Shown here: one piece after another, positions 11,626-23,614 of the stretch
How positions within the stretch are numbered: position 1 is the first letter of the stretch
Layout of the letters: every line of letters starts with the position of its first letter
Assembly: GCF_902713615.1 (NCBI RefSeq)
Contig: NW_024055443.1
Location: 186,001 to 250,000 of the forward strand
Direction of reading: 5' to 3'
DNA from: Scyliorhinus canicula
Taxonomy: Eukaryota
Length of the DNA: 64,000 nt
Translations under genes and position numbers: made by a program
The notes under the pieces: model-generated
Database searches by the model: none
Told to the model about the DNA's origin: nothing
Seen by the model: the letters and a program-made list of their open reading frames with translations, nothing else

Positions 11626-11663
11626 GGATTTTGTGCCGCGGGAAGCCGAGATCCATCACTGTG
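11626..11663 (-). promoter_or_regulatory. 22/23-type RSS of NAR-TCR V
   Basis: - strand CACAGTG + 22 nt + ACAAAATCC. Confidence 0.85.
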
Positions 11664-12140
11664 TGCTCCAGTATTTATAATGAGCTTTACAGTAATAGGT
11701 GGCGCTGTCTTCAACTCTCACATCCCAAATTGTCAACGAAAATACCTTTTCTACTTTTCCCACGGACACAAAAAATCTCCCTCCGCTGGAGATCCATTTC
11801 CGCTCTGTCCCGGGCTGGGTTTGTCTGAAGAAATATCCGGTATCCAAATCATAATCATCACCATTTAAAACACAGGAGATGGTGAGAGACTGACACTCCT
11901 CCCTGGTCACCGCTGCCGGGCTCTGTGTCACTGACTGACTCAAACATCCTGGAAATTAAGCAGAGACAGTTTATTGGACCATCAGAGCCTAAAGCACACA
12001 ACGGGGCTAAAACCCCAGACAGAGTCTGTAGTTGGGGTGGATTCGGGCAGTTTTATATTAAATCCACACAATGTGGGTTAGTTTGACCTGTACTCACCGG
12101 GTAAACAGACACACAGGGTGAAAACCACGAGGATTCTCAT
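11664..12140 (-). CDS. NAR-TCR (IgNAR-like) V gene, open frame (leader 12140-12098, intron 12097-11949, V exon 11948-11664)
   Basis: MRILVVFTLCVCLPGCLS-QSVTQSPAAVTREECQSLTISCVLNG...GGRFFVSVGKVEKVFSLTIWDVRVEDSATYYCKA; 61-residue Cys-Cys spacing (CDR2-deleted VNAR type, versus 73 in the VH of this window); extra FR1 Cys. Confidence 0.88.
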
Positions 12141-12214
12141 CGTTCTGCTCCTGGAGCTGATGGTGTAGATGAGGGAGAGCTGGAGACAGCAGACCTAGAC
12201 CGCTCTATGGGACT

Positions 12215-12222
12215 CAACGTCA
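12215..12222 (-). promoter_or_regulatory. CRE-like TGACGTTG motif in NAR-TCR V promoter, with a GC box at about 12260-12267
   Basis: 75 nt upstream of the leader ATG on the - strand; identical to 5653-5660. Confidence 0.45.
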
Positions 12223-13185
12223 GAGAAATACTTTCAGACCCTCAAATCTGTAAATTAGGCCCCGCCCAAAGGTTTCCAAAAATTTGAGGATTTAAAAGGG
12301 GCAGCCGGCTTTGAACACTCAGTCCAAGTTCTCCAGCTATTGCTGCCTCCTTGCTTCCGACCCCAGAATCTCGACCCGCGACCCCACTGGTCGTTGCGAC
12401 CCACAGTTTGGCAATGCCCCGCTTGTTGTTATCGGGGCTGGTGGGCAGGGGGTAGAGTTTACGAGGTCATCATTGGATCCGCGCCCATCCCCGCTCTTTG
12501 GTTGTGTGAATGGCAACCCAGATGAAGGACGGAGCCGAGTTACCTCCCGCTTTATTGTATCTGTGAGTTGGATTTGAAATCCCCTTTCACCTCCATGGGT
12601 TCAATGGGGAATTGTGGGGCTTGTTGTGTCAGTGGAGGCTGCCACACTCCTTTCCCTATAGTAGGTAAGTTGGGAGGTCGGTTCATGTGTGTTTGTATCG
12701 GGTGATCTTATTTCCACCCAGTTCAATACTGCCGGGAATATCCTCAACAACATGCTGATGGTGTTGTTGGGATCCCGGTGAAATCTGGATCAGAATGTCG
12801 GAGGCTCAGACCCGCAGCTAAAATCCGTCCAGCAATTGAGAATCAGAATGCAACATGATGCGGCCCACCGACAAAATCCATGCAGACAAATACCTATCAT
12901 AGATACAGAGCGAACCCCCTGCTGAGCCAATACAACTCAGCCAGAAAGGCATTGCTTCGGGGCTTTTGCTCTTCTGGATGGACTCGAGGGCCTTAGACAA
13001 CTAATCCGGAGTTAGCGGTAGGTCCAGGCTCTCCTGCTCATTGTCCTCTGAGACATCCGTGATAGAGGACAGGATGGACTGGATGGCTGTGCTGTCTGCG
13101 GGTCTCACGTCACGTTCACCAGCATTTAATGATTCGCTGATCTACCAAATGTTAGACAGCGATGTCTTTACTGAGCTGTCAGCTA

Positions 13186-13500
13186 CTGGCGGCACGGTAG
13201 CACAGTGGTTAGCACTGTTTGTTGCGTCACAGCTCCAGGGACCCAGATTCGATTCCCTGCTTGGTGCACTGTCTGTGCGGAGTCTGCACGTTCTCCCCGT
13301 GTCTGCGTGGGTTTGCTGCGGGTGATCCAGTTTCCTCCCACAAGTCCAGAAAGATGTGCTTGTTCGGTGACTTGGACATTCTGAATTATCCCTCTTTGTA
13401 CCCGAACAGGCGCCGGAATGTGGCTATTAGGGACTTTTCACAGTAACCTCATTGCAGTGTTAATGTAAGCCTACTTGTGACAATAAAGATTATTTTCATT
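13186..13500 (+). mobile_element. tRNA-derived SINE with GTGACAATAAAGATTATT-type tail
   Basis: tRNA-like head with A/B boxes; tail shared with fragments at about 4196-4300, 40318-40495, 42576-42830 and 54305-54675. Confidence 0.75.
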
Positions 13501-13509
13501 ATCTTCCTT

Positions 13510-13950
13510 CAGACTGCTGATCACAGAGCTCCGTGTGCCTCCTGGCAGAAGAAACGCGATCACATCTCATCGTCCTTCACCGAGGGGCCTCTGAACCGAA
13601 AGATGATCTTCGAAGCCTCTGTGCTGAAGAGCGAGGCTTTCTGGCCCTTCACATCCTGGAGACCCTCCTTGACATCGACCCCCATCAGCTATAGCCTGAG
13701 CAGATTCCACATGCTTTTCTGGCGTCGGGACATTTCTCCCTGTCTCTCTCTCTCTCGCTTTCTGAAGGCCACTGAGGATGAAAAATCTCTTGATGTTCGT
13801 TATGCTCCGGCAGAGGATGTCTTGCACTGCGGAGTTACAGACTCGGGAAGTATCGGGAACAAGTTCATTCCAGTCCTCAATATGCCACTTCTCATTCAGT
13901 ATTTCCTTCCCAGTAAAACTCCATCCTCCTCCTAACTGCTGTATCCCAGA
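13510..13950 (-). mobile_element. Tx1-like LINE ORF2 relic (EN-RT linker)
   Basis: Frameshifted NIKRFFILSGLQKARER / QKSMWNLLRL*LMGVDVKEGLQDVKGQKASLFSTEASKIIFRFR resembles Tx1-clade ORF2. Confidence 0.65.
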
Positions 13951-14228
13951 TATTCCTATGATTTTTAAAAAGACTCCAGTCACTACCTTGTATAATTTGT
14001 TCATATTGATTCAAGTACCTCTGAACCCATCAGATATTCTGAATAAATATCCTCGGGTTACTTTTGGTGACCAAAGGAACTGGGGTACGTGCTGCACATT
14101 CATTCAGAAAGGCGTAAACGGGAAAAATTGAATTAAGGCACCAGAAATAAATTTGGGAAGATAATATTTGCATAGATGTGAGGTAAAATCAACAAATATA
14201 ATTCCATAATTGAATCTCACCGGTTCTT

Positions 14229-14560
14229 AGAACATAGAACAGTACAGCACAGAACAGGCCCTTCGGCCCTCGATGTTGTGCCGAGCATTGATAACCCTAC
14301 TCAAACCCACGTATCCACCCTATACCCGTAACCCAACAACCCCCCCTTAACCTTACCTTTTAGGACACTACGGGCAATTTATCATGGCCAATCCACCTAA
14401 CCCGCACATCTTTGGACTGTGGGAGGAAACCGGAGCAAACCCACGCACACAGGGGGAGGACGTGCAGACTCCACACAGACAGTGACCCAGCCGGGAATCG
14501 AACCTGGAACCCTGGAGCTGTGAAGCATTTGTGCTAACCACCATGCTACCGTGCTGCCCC
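14229..14560 (-). mobile_element. HE1-like SINE
   Basis: Same body and (TAGAACA)n tail as other copies. Confidence 0.8.
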
Positions 14561-14722
14561 CTCTTGTGTTTTTCTTTTTGGCTCTATTGAGAAAGCCCCT
14601 GTGATTCTCAGTGTGGAGGCTCAGTTATACTTTCTGTGTGTCGGAGAAAGGTTCCTCTGTTACGCACGAACCGGAGCTCTCAGTGTGGGTGTGTACGGGA
14701 TATGGTGCATCTCGCTCATGTG

Positions 14723-15007
14723 CTGTTCACATGGCTCAGAGACTTACGGCGGATTTGGAGATCGGAACACCGATGATATTTAAATGAAACGTCTTGTTTC
14801 CTTTGTGCAGAACAATAGAGAACCGACCTGAAAAATCTTGAAAGTGATCTCCTGTCCACAAGCTTTCCCTCTTCAATCTCATAGCTTCCCATAAGAACAG
14901 AGTTTGAGCAGCAGTTGTCGAGAAACCGCGGTTCAGGAAGGTGCTGCATTCTTTCAGAACAGTCAATTTAAAGGGATTTTGAGAAATGTAATCTTTGTGA
15001 TTTGTTC
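14723..15007 (-). pseudogene. Decayed TCR alpha/delta V pseudogene
   Basis: GTNHKDYISQNPFKLTVLKECSTFLNRGFSTT...DFSGRFSIVLHKGNKTFHLNIIGVPISKSAVSL*AM*; Cys23 to Arg, YYC to SL*, FR2 shortened, acceptor CAG to CAA, decayed RSS (CACATG...ACACACCCA, about 14686-14722). Confidence 0.65.
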
Positions 15008-16299
15008 TTGCAGCAAATTACAGAACTTTATAAATATCTGGAGATTAATCTTAACCATGGAGCATACCGTGACCATTAAAGACAACTGGTCAGCAAGCCA
15101 ACTATAATTTGTAAAGAACAAAGAGGTCACACCATGCCTGGATTAGAGTAAAACAATTACTTCTAGTGTGACATGAGATCGGAAATCCATGTCAGGGCCA
15201 GCTTTCCTTTACCCTGTGTTGGAAATGCAGAAGCATTTGGTTGGTCTCACGAAACTAATGATAGTTGGGCACCAACCACCGTTTCAGACCATAAGATCAT
15301 AAGAAATAGGAATCGGAATCGGCCATTCAGCCCGTCGAGCCTGCTCCGCCATAACCTTTTTCTGCTTTCCTGTCGCTTCTGACATTTGACAATGAATGAG
15401 TCGCTATCCAATTGTCTCACTAATTCTGGATCATAACCTCTTTTATATAATGTTAAGCCATTTTTAATTTTGTTCGGCACTGGACTATACCCAATGATAT
15501 TGAAAGACGTTGGAGAGGAAACGGTGAAAATAACACGTTAACATGGGATAATGTGGAAACATAAATAGTATGAAACACGCTGGAGAACAGCAAATATCCC
15601 ATTAATTTTCAAACAAGGGAAATAATCAATCGGGGTGTTAAGGTTGATTAAATTCATGTCACGTTTAAGTAGTTGGTGTTATCACAAATCATCGCATTTC
15701 AACATGGATCCACATTCCTCCATTCTAACAAGATCAGCAACAATAAATTAACAATAATTGAGAAACGTTTCTCCTTTGTTGATCATAAGATGCACAGGTC
15801 AGTCATGTTAATTTGCAAGTAGTGACAATTTCAATTTTGGGTCGTGCAAAGATGACGAGTTGGAACATCAGTGGAAGTGGTTTCATGACACAAGACCCCA
15901 GCATGGATTTGTTCAGGGCAAATCCCGTTTAATTAACTAGCTTGCCTTTTGTGATGCATACCAGAGATGGTTGGTGATGGCATTTCAGTTGATGGACTTG
16001 CAAAAGGCTTTTGATAAAGCGCCGCATCATAGCCTTGTTAGCAGCTCATTGAATACAATGGAAAGTATCAAGAAGAAGCGAAGTTAGTTCAATGGCAGGA
16101 AACAACTGGTGGAGTTCAGCAGTTGTTTTTCGGAAGATTGTAGTGAAGGTTTCAGGGTTTGTAATTACGACCCATTCACTTTCTGACACACGCGAATGAC
16201 GTTGCCGGAGGGGGCAAACTTTCACAATATGTGGACGATACGGAACATGGAAGTATTGTGTAGCATCAGTGGACAGCGTAGAACTGCAAAATAACAGTA

Positions 16300-16485
16300 A
16301 GAATTCTTAAAACACCAGGTTAAAGTCCAACATGTTTGTTTCAAACACGAGCTTTCGGAGCGCAGCTCCTTCCTCAGGTGAATCCGAAAGCTCGTGTTTG
16401 AAATAAACCTATTGGACTTTAGCTTGATGTTGTCAGAATTCTTACTGTGCTCACCCCAGTCCAACGCCGGCATCTCCATATCATG
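16300..16485. mobile_element. Penelope-like terminal (pLTR) fragment; related copies at about 20965-21100 and 44840-44980
   Basis: CAACACCAGGTTAAAGTCCAACAGG...CTTTCGGAGC motif shared with the ends of the 29490-31060 element. Confidence 0.65.
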
Positions 16486-16699
16486 TTCAAAATAACAATA
16501 CAGGTCGGTGGACTGCAGGGAACATTGCCAGATTCAATTTAATGCAGACAAGTGTCAAGTGTTTCATTTTGGTCGGAAGGCTTTAGCGGCAAAAGGCAAT
16601 AAGGGTCTCGGTTTGAAAGTGGGTGCAGGAGCAGAGGGACTTGGATGTATTTGTGCATCAGTCATTGATGGTCACAGGACATGTTGACAAGCTGTTATT

Positions 16700-19600
16700 A
16701 AAGCAATTAATAATCGGCGTTGATCAATGTGGGTACCGGATACAGAAGCAGTTGTACTCGAACAGGTCCAGGAACACGATGGTGAATAGCCTCAACATTT
16801 TGTGAAAGCTCTCCTCTGACCTTCGGATAGTGAATTTGATCTTCTCCAGGTGGAGAAATTCCGAAGGTCTGCCAGCCAGTCTGCAACTGTGGCTGATGCT
16901 GCTGATCGCCAGCGAGCAGGATTCCTCGATGGGCGATTACGGAGGCAAAGGCAAGGGCGTCATGAATAGTTCTGGCTGGTCCGATACCTTGAAGACTGCC
17001 ACCCACCCCCAGACTACCCGTGTCCAGTTTTTAACTAGAATTTTGTGTCTCGGCGTCCGTGGTATGCTGTCGTCTGCTTGCAGAGAACGTCCTTAACCTG
17101 TAGGTGTCGGAGTTCATTCCCGTTAGATAGCTACAGTCTCATTGTCTGTTCCTCTGTGGCCGCTAGACTGTCCACTGCGCAGTGACACAGAACAGTCAGT
17201 GTTCCCCCGTCCTGTCTCCACCTATTAAAGGTGGTGTCTAGCATGGCTGGCGCAAACCTGTGGTTGCCGCAGATGGGGACCATGGTGGACATTTCGTTCA
17301 AGCCTAAATGCTTCCTCATCTCGTTCCAGGTTAGGAGAGTGGCTACCACCACTGGGTTTGCTGACTGTTTAGCTGGCGGGGATGGATGCGCTGCCGTAGC
17401 GAGGGTCCAGAGAGATTTTCCAGTGCGGAAGCTGTCCTCCATCCTCATCCATTCCACTGTTTCTTTCAGCCAACCCCTCACTCTTTCCACCGTGGCTGCC
17501 CAGTGGTAGTACTGCAGGTTTGGGAGGGTGAGCCCCCCCATGTTTCCTCTTCTCTGTAGCACCATTTATGGGATCCTTGGGGGGACCCCCCCCCCCCACT
17601 CCAACACACACACAAATGCCATAATCATTTTGTCGAGCGCATTGAAGAAGGCCTTGGGAATGTAGATTGTTGTGGCTCTGAATCGGAAGAGGAACCGACA
17701 GCACGTTCATCTTATCGCCTGTACCCTCCCCGCCAGAGAGTGGAAGTGTGTCCCATCTCTGTAGATCCTTTCATATTTCCCCCAGCAGACTGGTCAGGTT
17801 TCATTGTGGGTCTGTGTCCAATCATAGGCACTTTGGATACCAAGGTAGCGGTATTCGCTTTGAGCTAATTTGAATGGTAGTTCCCCCTTCCCCATCCCCA
17901 GCTCTGCCCCTTCCACTTGTCGGATTCACAGGGAAGTTTTCACTCTTGCTCGGGTTGACTTTGTAGCCCGAGGACACTTCAAACTCTCTCAGGTGCTTTA
18001 GGACTCTTTCCATGCCGCTTTGTGGGTCCGAGATGTAGAGCAGCAGGTTATCCGCGTAGAGTGAGACTCTGTGCTGTCTGTCTCCTCCTCGGATTCCCTT
18101 CTAGCTTCTGGTTGCTCTGAGGGACATCGCCAACAGTTCAATATCCAGGATGAATCAGAGCGACGACAGCAGCCAACCCTGTCTTCTATCTCTGAGCAGC
18201 TGGAAGTATACAGACCTGGTGGCGTTGGTCCGGACACTAGCCGTGGGGGCGTTGCATAGGCGTTTCACCCATTAGGTGAATCCTATTCCCAACCCAAACC
18301 CCTTTAATATCTCTATGAGGTACTTCCACACACTCTGTCGAAGGCCTTATCTGCATACAGGGAGATGATCACCCCTGATGGGGTCATTATCACGTTCAGC
18401 AGTAAGCTGTCAACCCTTAACAGAGCCTCTGGTCCTCTGCGACCACCTTTGGTACACAGTTCTCCAGCCGATTAACCAGGGTTTTTGTAAGTATTTTCGC
18501 ATCTATATTGAGCAGCAAAATGGGTCTTTATGATCCGCATTCCATTGGGTCTATGTCCTTTTTCGGTATCAGCGATATGGTGGTTTGTGCGAACGTTGGA
18601 GTCAGGATGCCACTCGCCAGTGAGTGTGCGAACATCTCCCGCAAGTGCGGGGCCAGCACCATCGCGCGAATGTTTCCTACAAGTCCGCTGGGAAGCCGCT
18701 GGGTCCCAGCGCCTCCCCTGCTCTCCATGACCTCTCCCAGTCCTAGCAGTGCTTCCAGTCTCCTCCTCCTATCGCCCCAACGACTGACATGTCCAGTCTA
18801 TCGAGGGACTGTTTCATCCCCGAGTTCCCGTCGGGGGCTGGGAGGTGTACGACCCAAAGTAGAAGGCTTCAAATGCTTGGCTGACCTTTTTTGGTTCGCC
18901 TACCAGTCTCCCTCTGCTCTGCTTTGCCTGTACGATCTCCCTCGTGGTTGCCTGTTTTCTCAGCTGGGGAGCCAACAGGCGACTGGCATTGTCTCCGTGT
19001 TCGTAGAAGATCCCCCGTGTCTGGCAGAGTTGGGGCACTGCCTTCCTGGTGGAAAGCAGGTGAAAGTCAATTTGTCGCGTTTTCCTCTCATCCAGAAGCT
19101 CCACGGTCCGGGCCGCAGAGTATCTTCTGTCGATCTCCAGCATGAAGCGGATTAGTTGCTGCCTCGCCACCCTCTCTTCCCTGACTCTTCGTGCCTTACA
19201 GGCGAAACGTTCGCCAGTCGTCACAGCCTTCAACGCCTCCCAGAATGAGGAGGGTAACACCTCCCCGCTCCGCTTGTTAGCAATATACACGTCCATGGCC
19301 TGTGATGGCTTCTGGCAGATTATCTTGTCAGCCAAGAGGGTTGTCTCGAACCTCCATGTGGGACATTGGCCACTTGTTCATAACGAGGTGATGCAGCCCG
19401 GTACAATATTGTCCATTTCTTCTCCTCTGCCATCTTCGTTATCGTTGGCCCCCTTGCTGTCTGTCTGGACCGTTCTTTTGGACAAATTCGTTGGCTTCTA
19501 CAGGAGCAGCGAGGTAATGTACCCTGTCCTGGTATATTATTCAGAGCCTGGCTGGGTACAGCATACCAAATTCAATATTGTTTTTGTAAAGGGCTGATTT

Positions 19601-20504
19601 TGCCTCAATAAACGTGTGGCCTCCGCTTTTCCAGGTTTGACCTTGTACACTCTGAGTTTGTATCCCTCCCAGCGGCAAGCCTTCATCTGTCTGGCGCAGC
19701 GAAGGACCCTTTCCCTGTCCTGGTATCTGTGCAGCTTCGCAGTGACCACTCTCGGCTGCAACCCCCGCCTTGGACCTATGAACTCTGTCGATCTCCGGCA
19801 GCTTGGGGAAGCCGTCTCTCCCCAATAGATTACCGAGTATTTGGGCCAGGTAGTCGGTCGGGTGCCTGCCCTCGATTCCTTCTGGCAGGGCCAATATTCT
19901 GATGTTCAGCTGCCTTGACCGATTTTCTTGGTCCTCCACCTTCGCTTCAAGCCTCCCTTGTGTCGTCATAAACCTCTTAATTTCGGCCTATATCGTGACG
20001 ATTCGATCGCTCTGTTCCGTCGAAGCTTTGGCCAGCTCCTTTATTGTGCTCCCCTGGGTCTCCAATCTCCTTCCCATGCTGTTGAGTGCAATCACCACTG
20101 CCACCTTGACTGCCGCCTTTATTTCGGCTGTAATATCGTCTCTCGTCAGTTCCCTGGTGAGGAACGTCTTCCATCCATCAGCTAGAGGAGGGAGGGGGCT
20201 CGTATCTCGGGTCGCTGGTCTCCTTTTCTCGGGAGTGGCACTAGACCACTCGGCTCATCGGTCTGTTGATCCGTTTACTTGCAAAATCCGTTTACTCCTG
20301 TTACTTGCCGCAGTTCTTGGTGTCTCTGCGGCCTCTTGAACTGCTACTTCCTGGCGGCCTTGCTGTATTTTTGTTGTTGAGGGTGAGGCGATGTTTAAGT
20401 ATGATTTTGCGGCCTAAATACGATTAAAGGCGCCTATTATTCTGTGTTTCAGAGGAGAGCAACCTGACGTGCGACTGCTCAGCACATCCCTGTCACCGAA
20501 AGTC
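16700..20504 (-). mobile_element. L1-clade LINE, degenerate, 5' end and ORF1 retained, most of the endonuclease region missing
   Basis: ORF1-like LEAKVEDQENRSRQLNIRILALPEGIEG...QPRVVTAKLHRYQDRERVL; frameshifted ORF2 pieces (FWEALKAVTTGE, PLLTPTFAQ-like region with TISLIPKKDIDPMECGS, GGLTLPNLQYYHWAA). Confidence 0.82.
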
Positions 20505-23500
20505 ATGTCCTTCTGATCTTAGGTGGTTTGGCTGACACGTGATTCCAGGCCCACACCAACGTCGTGGACTATTACCTAATCTCCAAAATGACTTACTACA
20601 CTAGCCAGTGAATGGGATTAAAGATGGTCAACAAATGCTGACCTTGACAGCGAGGCTCACATCCCAAGAAAGAATAAAGGTAAATCAGAGGGACCGACTA
20701 AAGTCGATATTTTCACAGTATCTGCAATCGCAAAGTTGATCCAGTAGGTGGCAGGATAACTGTGATTGCTGACCTGAGATGAAGCACGAATTGTCTCAAT
20801 TATTACTGCATGGACCCTGCCTCTGTTTATAATAAACTAGCCCCCGTCTCTATTTACCTTAAAATAAGTAATCTTTCTGATTATATGACGGTAGGTCTCA
20901 GTTGTTTCTGTACTCGGCTGAATCACAAATGTTAATATCCTTAACCAAGGCTCTCTTTATATTACACCATGATGTGGAGATGCTGGCGTTGGACTGGGGT
21001 GAGCACAGTGAGAAGTCTGACACCAGGTTAAAGTCCAACAGGTTTGTTTCAAACACTAGCTTTCGGAGCAATGCTTCTTTCTCAGGTGAATGAAGAGGTC
21101 AGGTGAAGACTTAAACCCACGCCTCCACCCTATCCTCGTAACCCAGTAACCCCACCTAACCTTTGGGCACCAAGAAACAATTTAGCAAGGTCAATCCACC
21201 AAACCTTCATATCTTTGGACTGTGGGGGGAAAGTGGAGCACCCGAAGGAAACCCACTGAGACTTGGCGAGAAAGTGAAAATTCCACAGTTACCCTAGGCC
21301 TGGAGCTGGCAGGCAGTCCTAACCACTGTGTCACCGTACCGCCCTTATTGCTGCACTTAGCCATGTCATTGCTCCTATTAATCTATGTCATGACCGTTAT
21401 TCTATAACTATTGTACTAATCAATATCTCAGTTTTTTATCACACGAGGCGGCGGTCAGCCCAAATTGCACGAGTAAATTTTCTTACCGCAGATTCTATGC
21501 CGATATCACTGCACAAGACGATTTTCCTGATTACATTGTACAAGATCCTATCTCAATTTTTCTGTATCTTGCATCATCTCTGTTTATATTACACTTATTA
21601 TTGTCTCTGTTTATATTCTGCTAGCGCCTATCACAGTTTATATTACACTATACCTCTGTCATTTCATATTGCAGTGGACATTGTCTCTGTATATGTTAGA
21701 ATATATCTTGTCTTTGTAACTACTGCACACAGCATGTATCGCAGATTTAGATATTTTGTCACTTGTGCTGAAGTGCAGTGAAAAGTATTGTTCTGCATAC
21801 TGTCCAGGCAGATCGCTCCATACATGAAAACATAGAACATGCGATAAATACATGATGATACATAATGAAAATACATAACCATAGGCAGCGGGTGAAGAAT
21901 ATGGTATATAGTGTTACAACTGTAGCGAAGGTGTGTAGAACGATCAGTTCATCCGTAAGGATCAGTTCAGACCCTAAGAGGGTCAATTAGGATTCCAGGA
22001 ACAGCGGGGAAGAAGCTTCTCTGTCTCCACTGATCAGTTGGTCAATTCGATTCCATCACATCGCCAATCAGCAGCAGCTTATTGTTCCCCGAATAATCTC
22101 ACAGAAGCTCCTGATATGAACCCCGATTGTGTGATTTGTACATGTGATGGCAAGATGAGTCAGAAGCTACAAGTGACGTGAGATAAATACACCTGTAATT
22201 CTCCGACTTATTGTTCACAATTCTTTTCTTACAGTTTTTCCCAGTTAACTTCACAAAGTGTTGTCCATGTCTATGTTTCTAAAGTCCACCACAGACACGA
22301 TAATCATATTGGGACTGATTAGTCTGACTGCAAGTTTAATAATCTATGTAATCTTGTCGGCAATGTGGCAGGATCTGGTGTAGCACAGAGACCAGGCCTG
22401 CAGTATATAACCTGGGATATCAGCTAGTGGACATGGACTGCAGCGGTCCAAGAAGGCAGCTCACTGCAACCTTCTCAAAGAACCCAACACTGACCGAGCC
22501 AGAGACTCCCATCAATGAATTAAAAATAGTGCAATAATGACAGAGACAGGACCCGCTGTAACGTGAACACAGATATTTGCTTGTGTAACAATAGAACAGA
22601 CCATGATATTAATATATACAGATATATGGGTTACTGAGGAATGAGAGACAACGCCTGATATGGTATTGGAATAAATATGTATTTCTGTGAACAAATTCGG
22701 AAAAATACTTTGTGCAATAATAACTGAATAGGTCAAAAATAACAATACTGGAAACAGATTCTGATTCAGAACATGATGGGGCACCTTTTAAAGAAATAGC
22801 AAAAGAGAATCAGAGCACATTTGAACGGGAGGCAGGCGATTAGGACAAACAATTAACGATTAGAGGCAACAGCCTCTTTGTCCACTCTAATTTCTCAGTC
22901 TCAATAAAAATATCCAAGTCATTACTTACTTTGAGTGTATTTTAACTGTTGTGAGCTGCAGAATAGTGCTGATCACATCTCTGCACCGTGTCTTGTGAGG
23001 ACACGGTCAGTATCTAGTGCAGCCAACTAAATCGAGGTTTGGCATAATCGTTTGTGAGAGACAGCGTCTATTGATACAATAACGAATGGCTTCCTGAATG
23101 CTTCATTACGGAGTCAAACACCGTTCCTTTGTGAACTGGATGAAGTTAGTGTCAGGCAGATAAAACCGAAAATGCCAGTATTACTCTGCATGTCAGGCAG
23201 AATCTGAGGAGAGGAACAGAGTTCACATTTCATGTCACTCAAAGAACATCAGCACCAGGTTCATCCACCCGAATCTAACTGGATTTCTCCCAAAAAGGGG
23301 CCCGCCAGAGTAACACATGTGGTCGCATTTCTGTTTTTGAGCTGTTTGACCTGGGTTCAAATTCCACTCCAGGATTTGTTGACCATGGAACGAGTGTTCC
23401 AGGAACTATCCTTCGCTCTCTCTATACCTTCCTGAGAAAGTGGACATAATGTGAATGTACGAAAAACAAACAGATTTTCGATCTGAATTCTGTCTCGCCA

Positions 23501-23614
23501 TCCAGCGAAGGATGTGTTCCTGGGATGCCATTGATGTTTGGACGTACCTCTATACAGTACTTGGATGTGTGAAGTGATATACAACTGGCCGGCCCGGGAA
23601 CACGCTGGGGCCAA

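Noticed and set aside
4326-14173. Ig octamer ATTTGCAT at 4326-4333 and 14166-14173
   Set aside because: Not positioned upstream of any leader; expected by chance in AT-rich DNA
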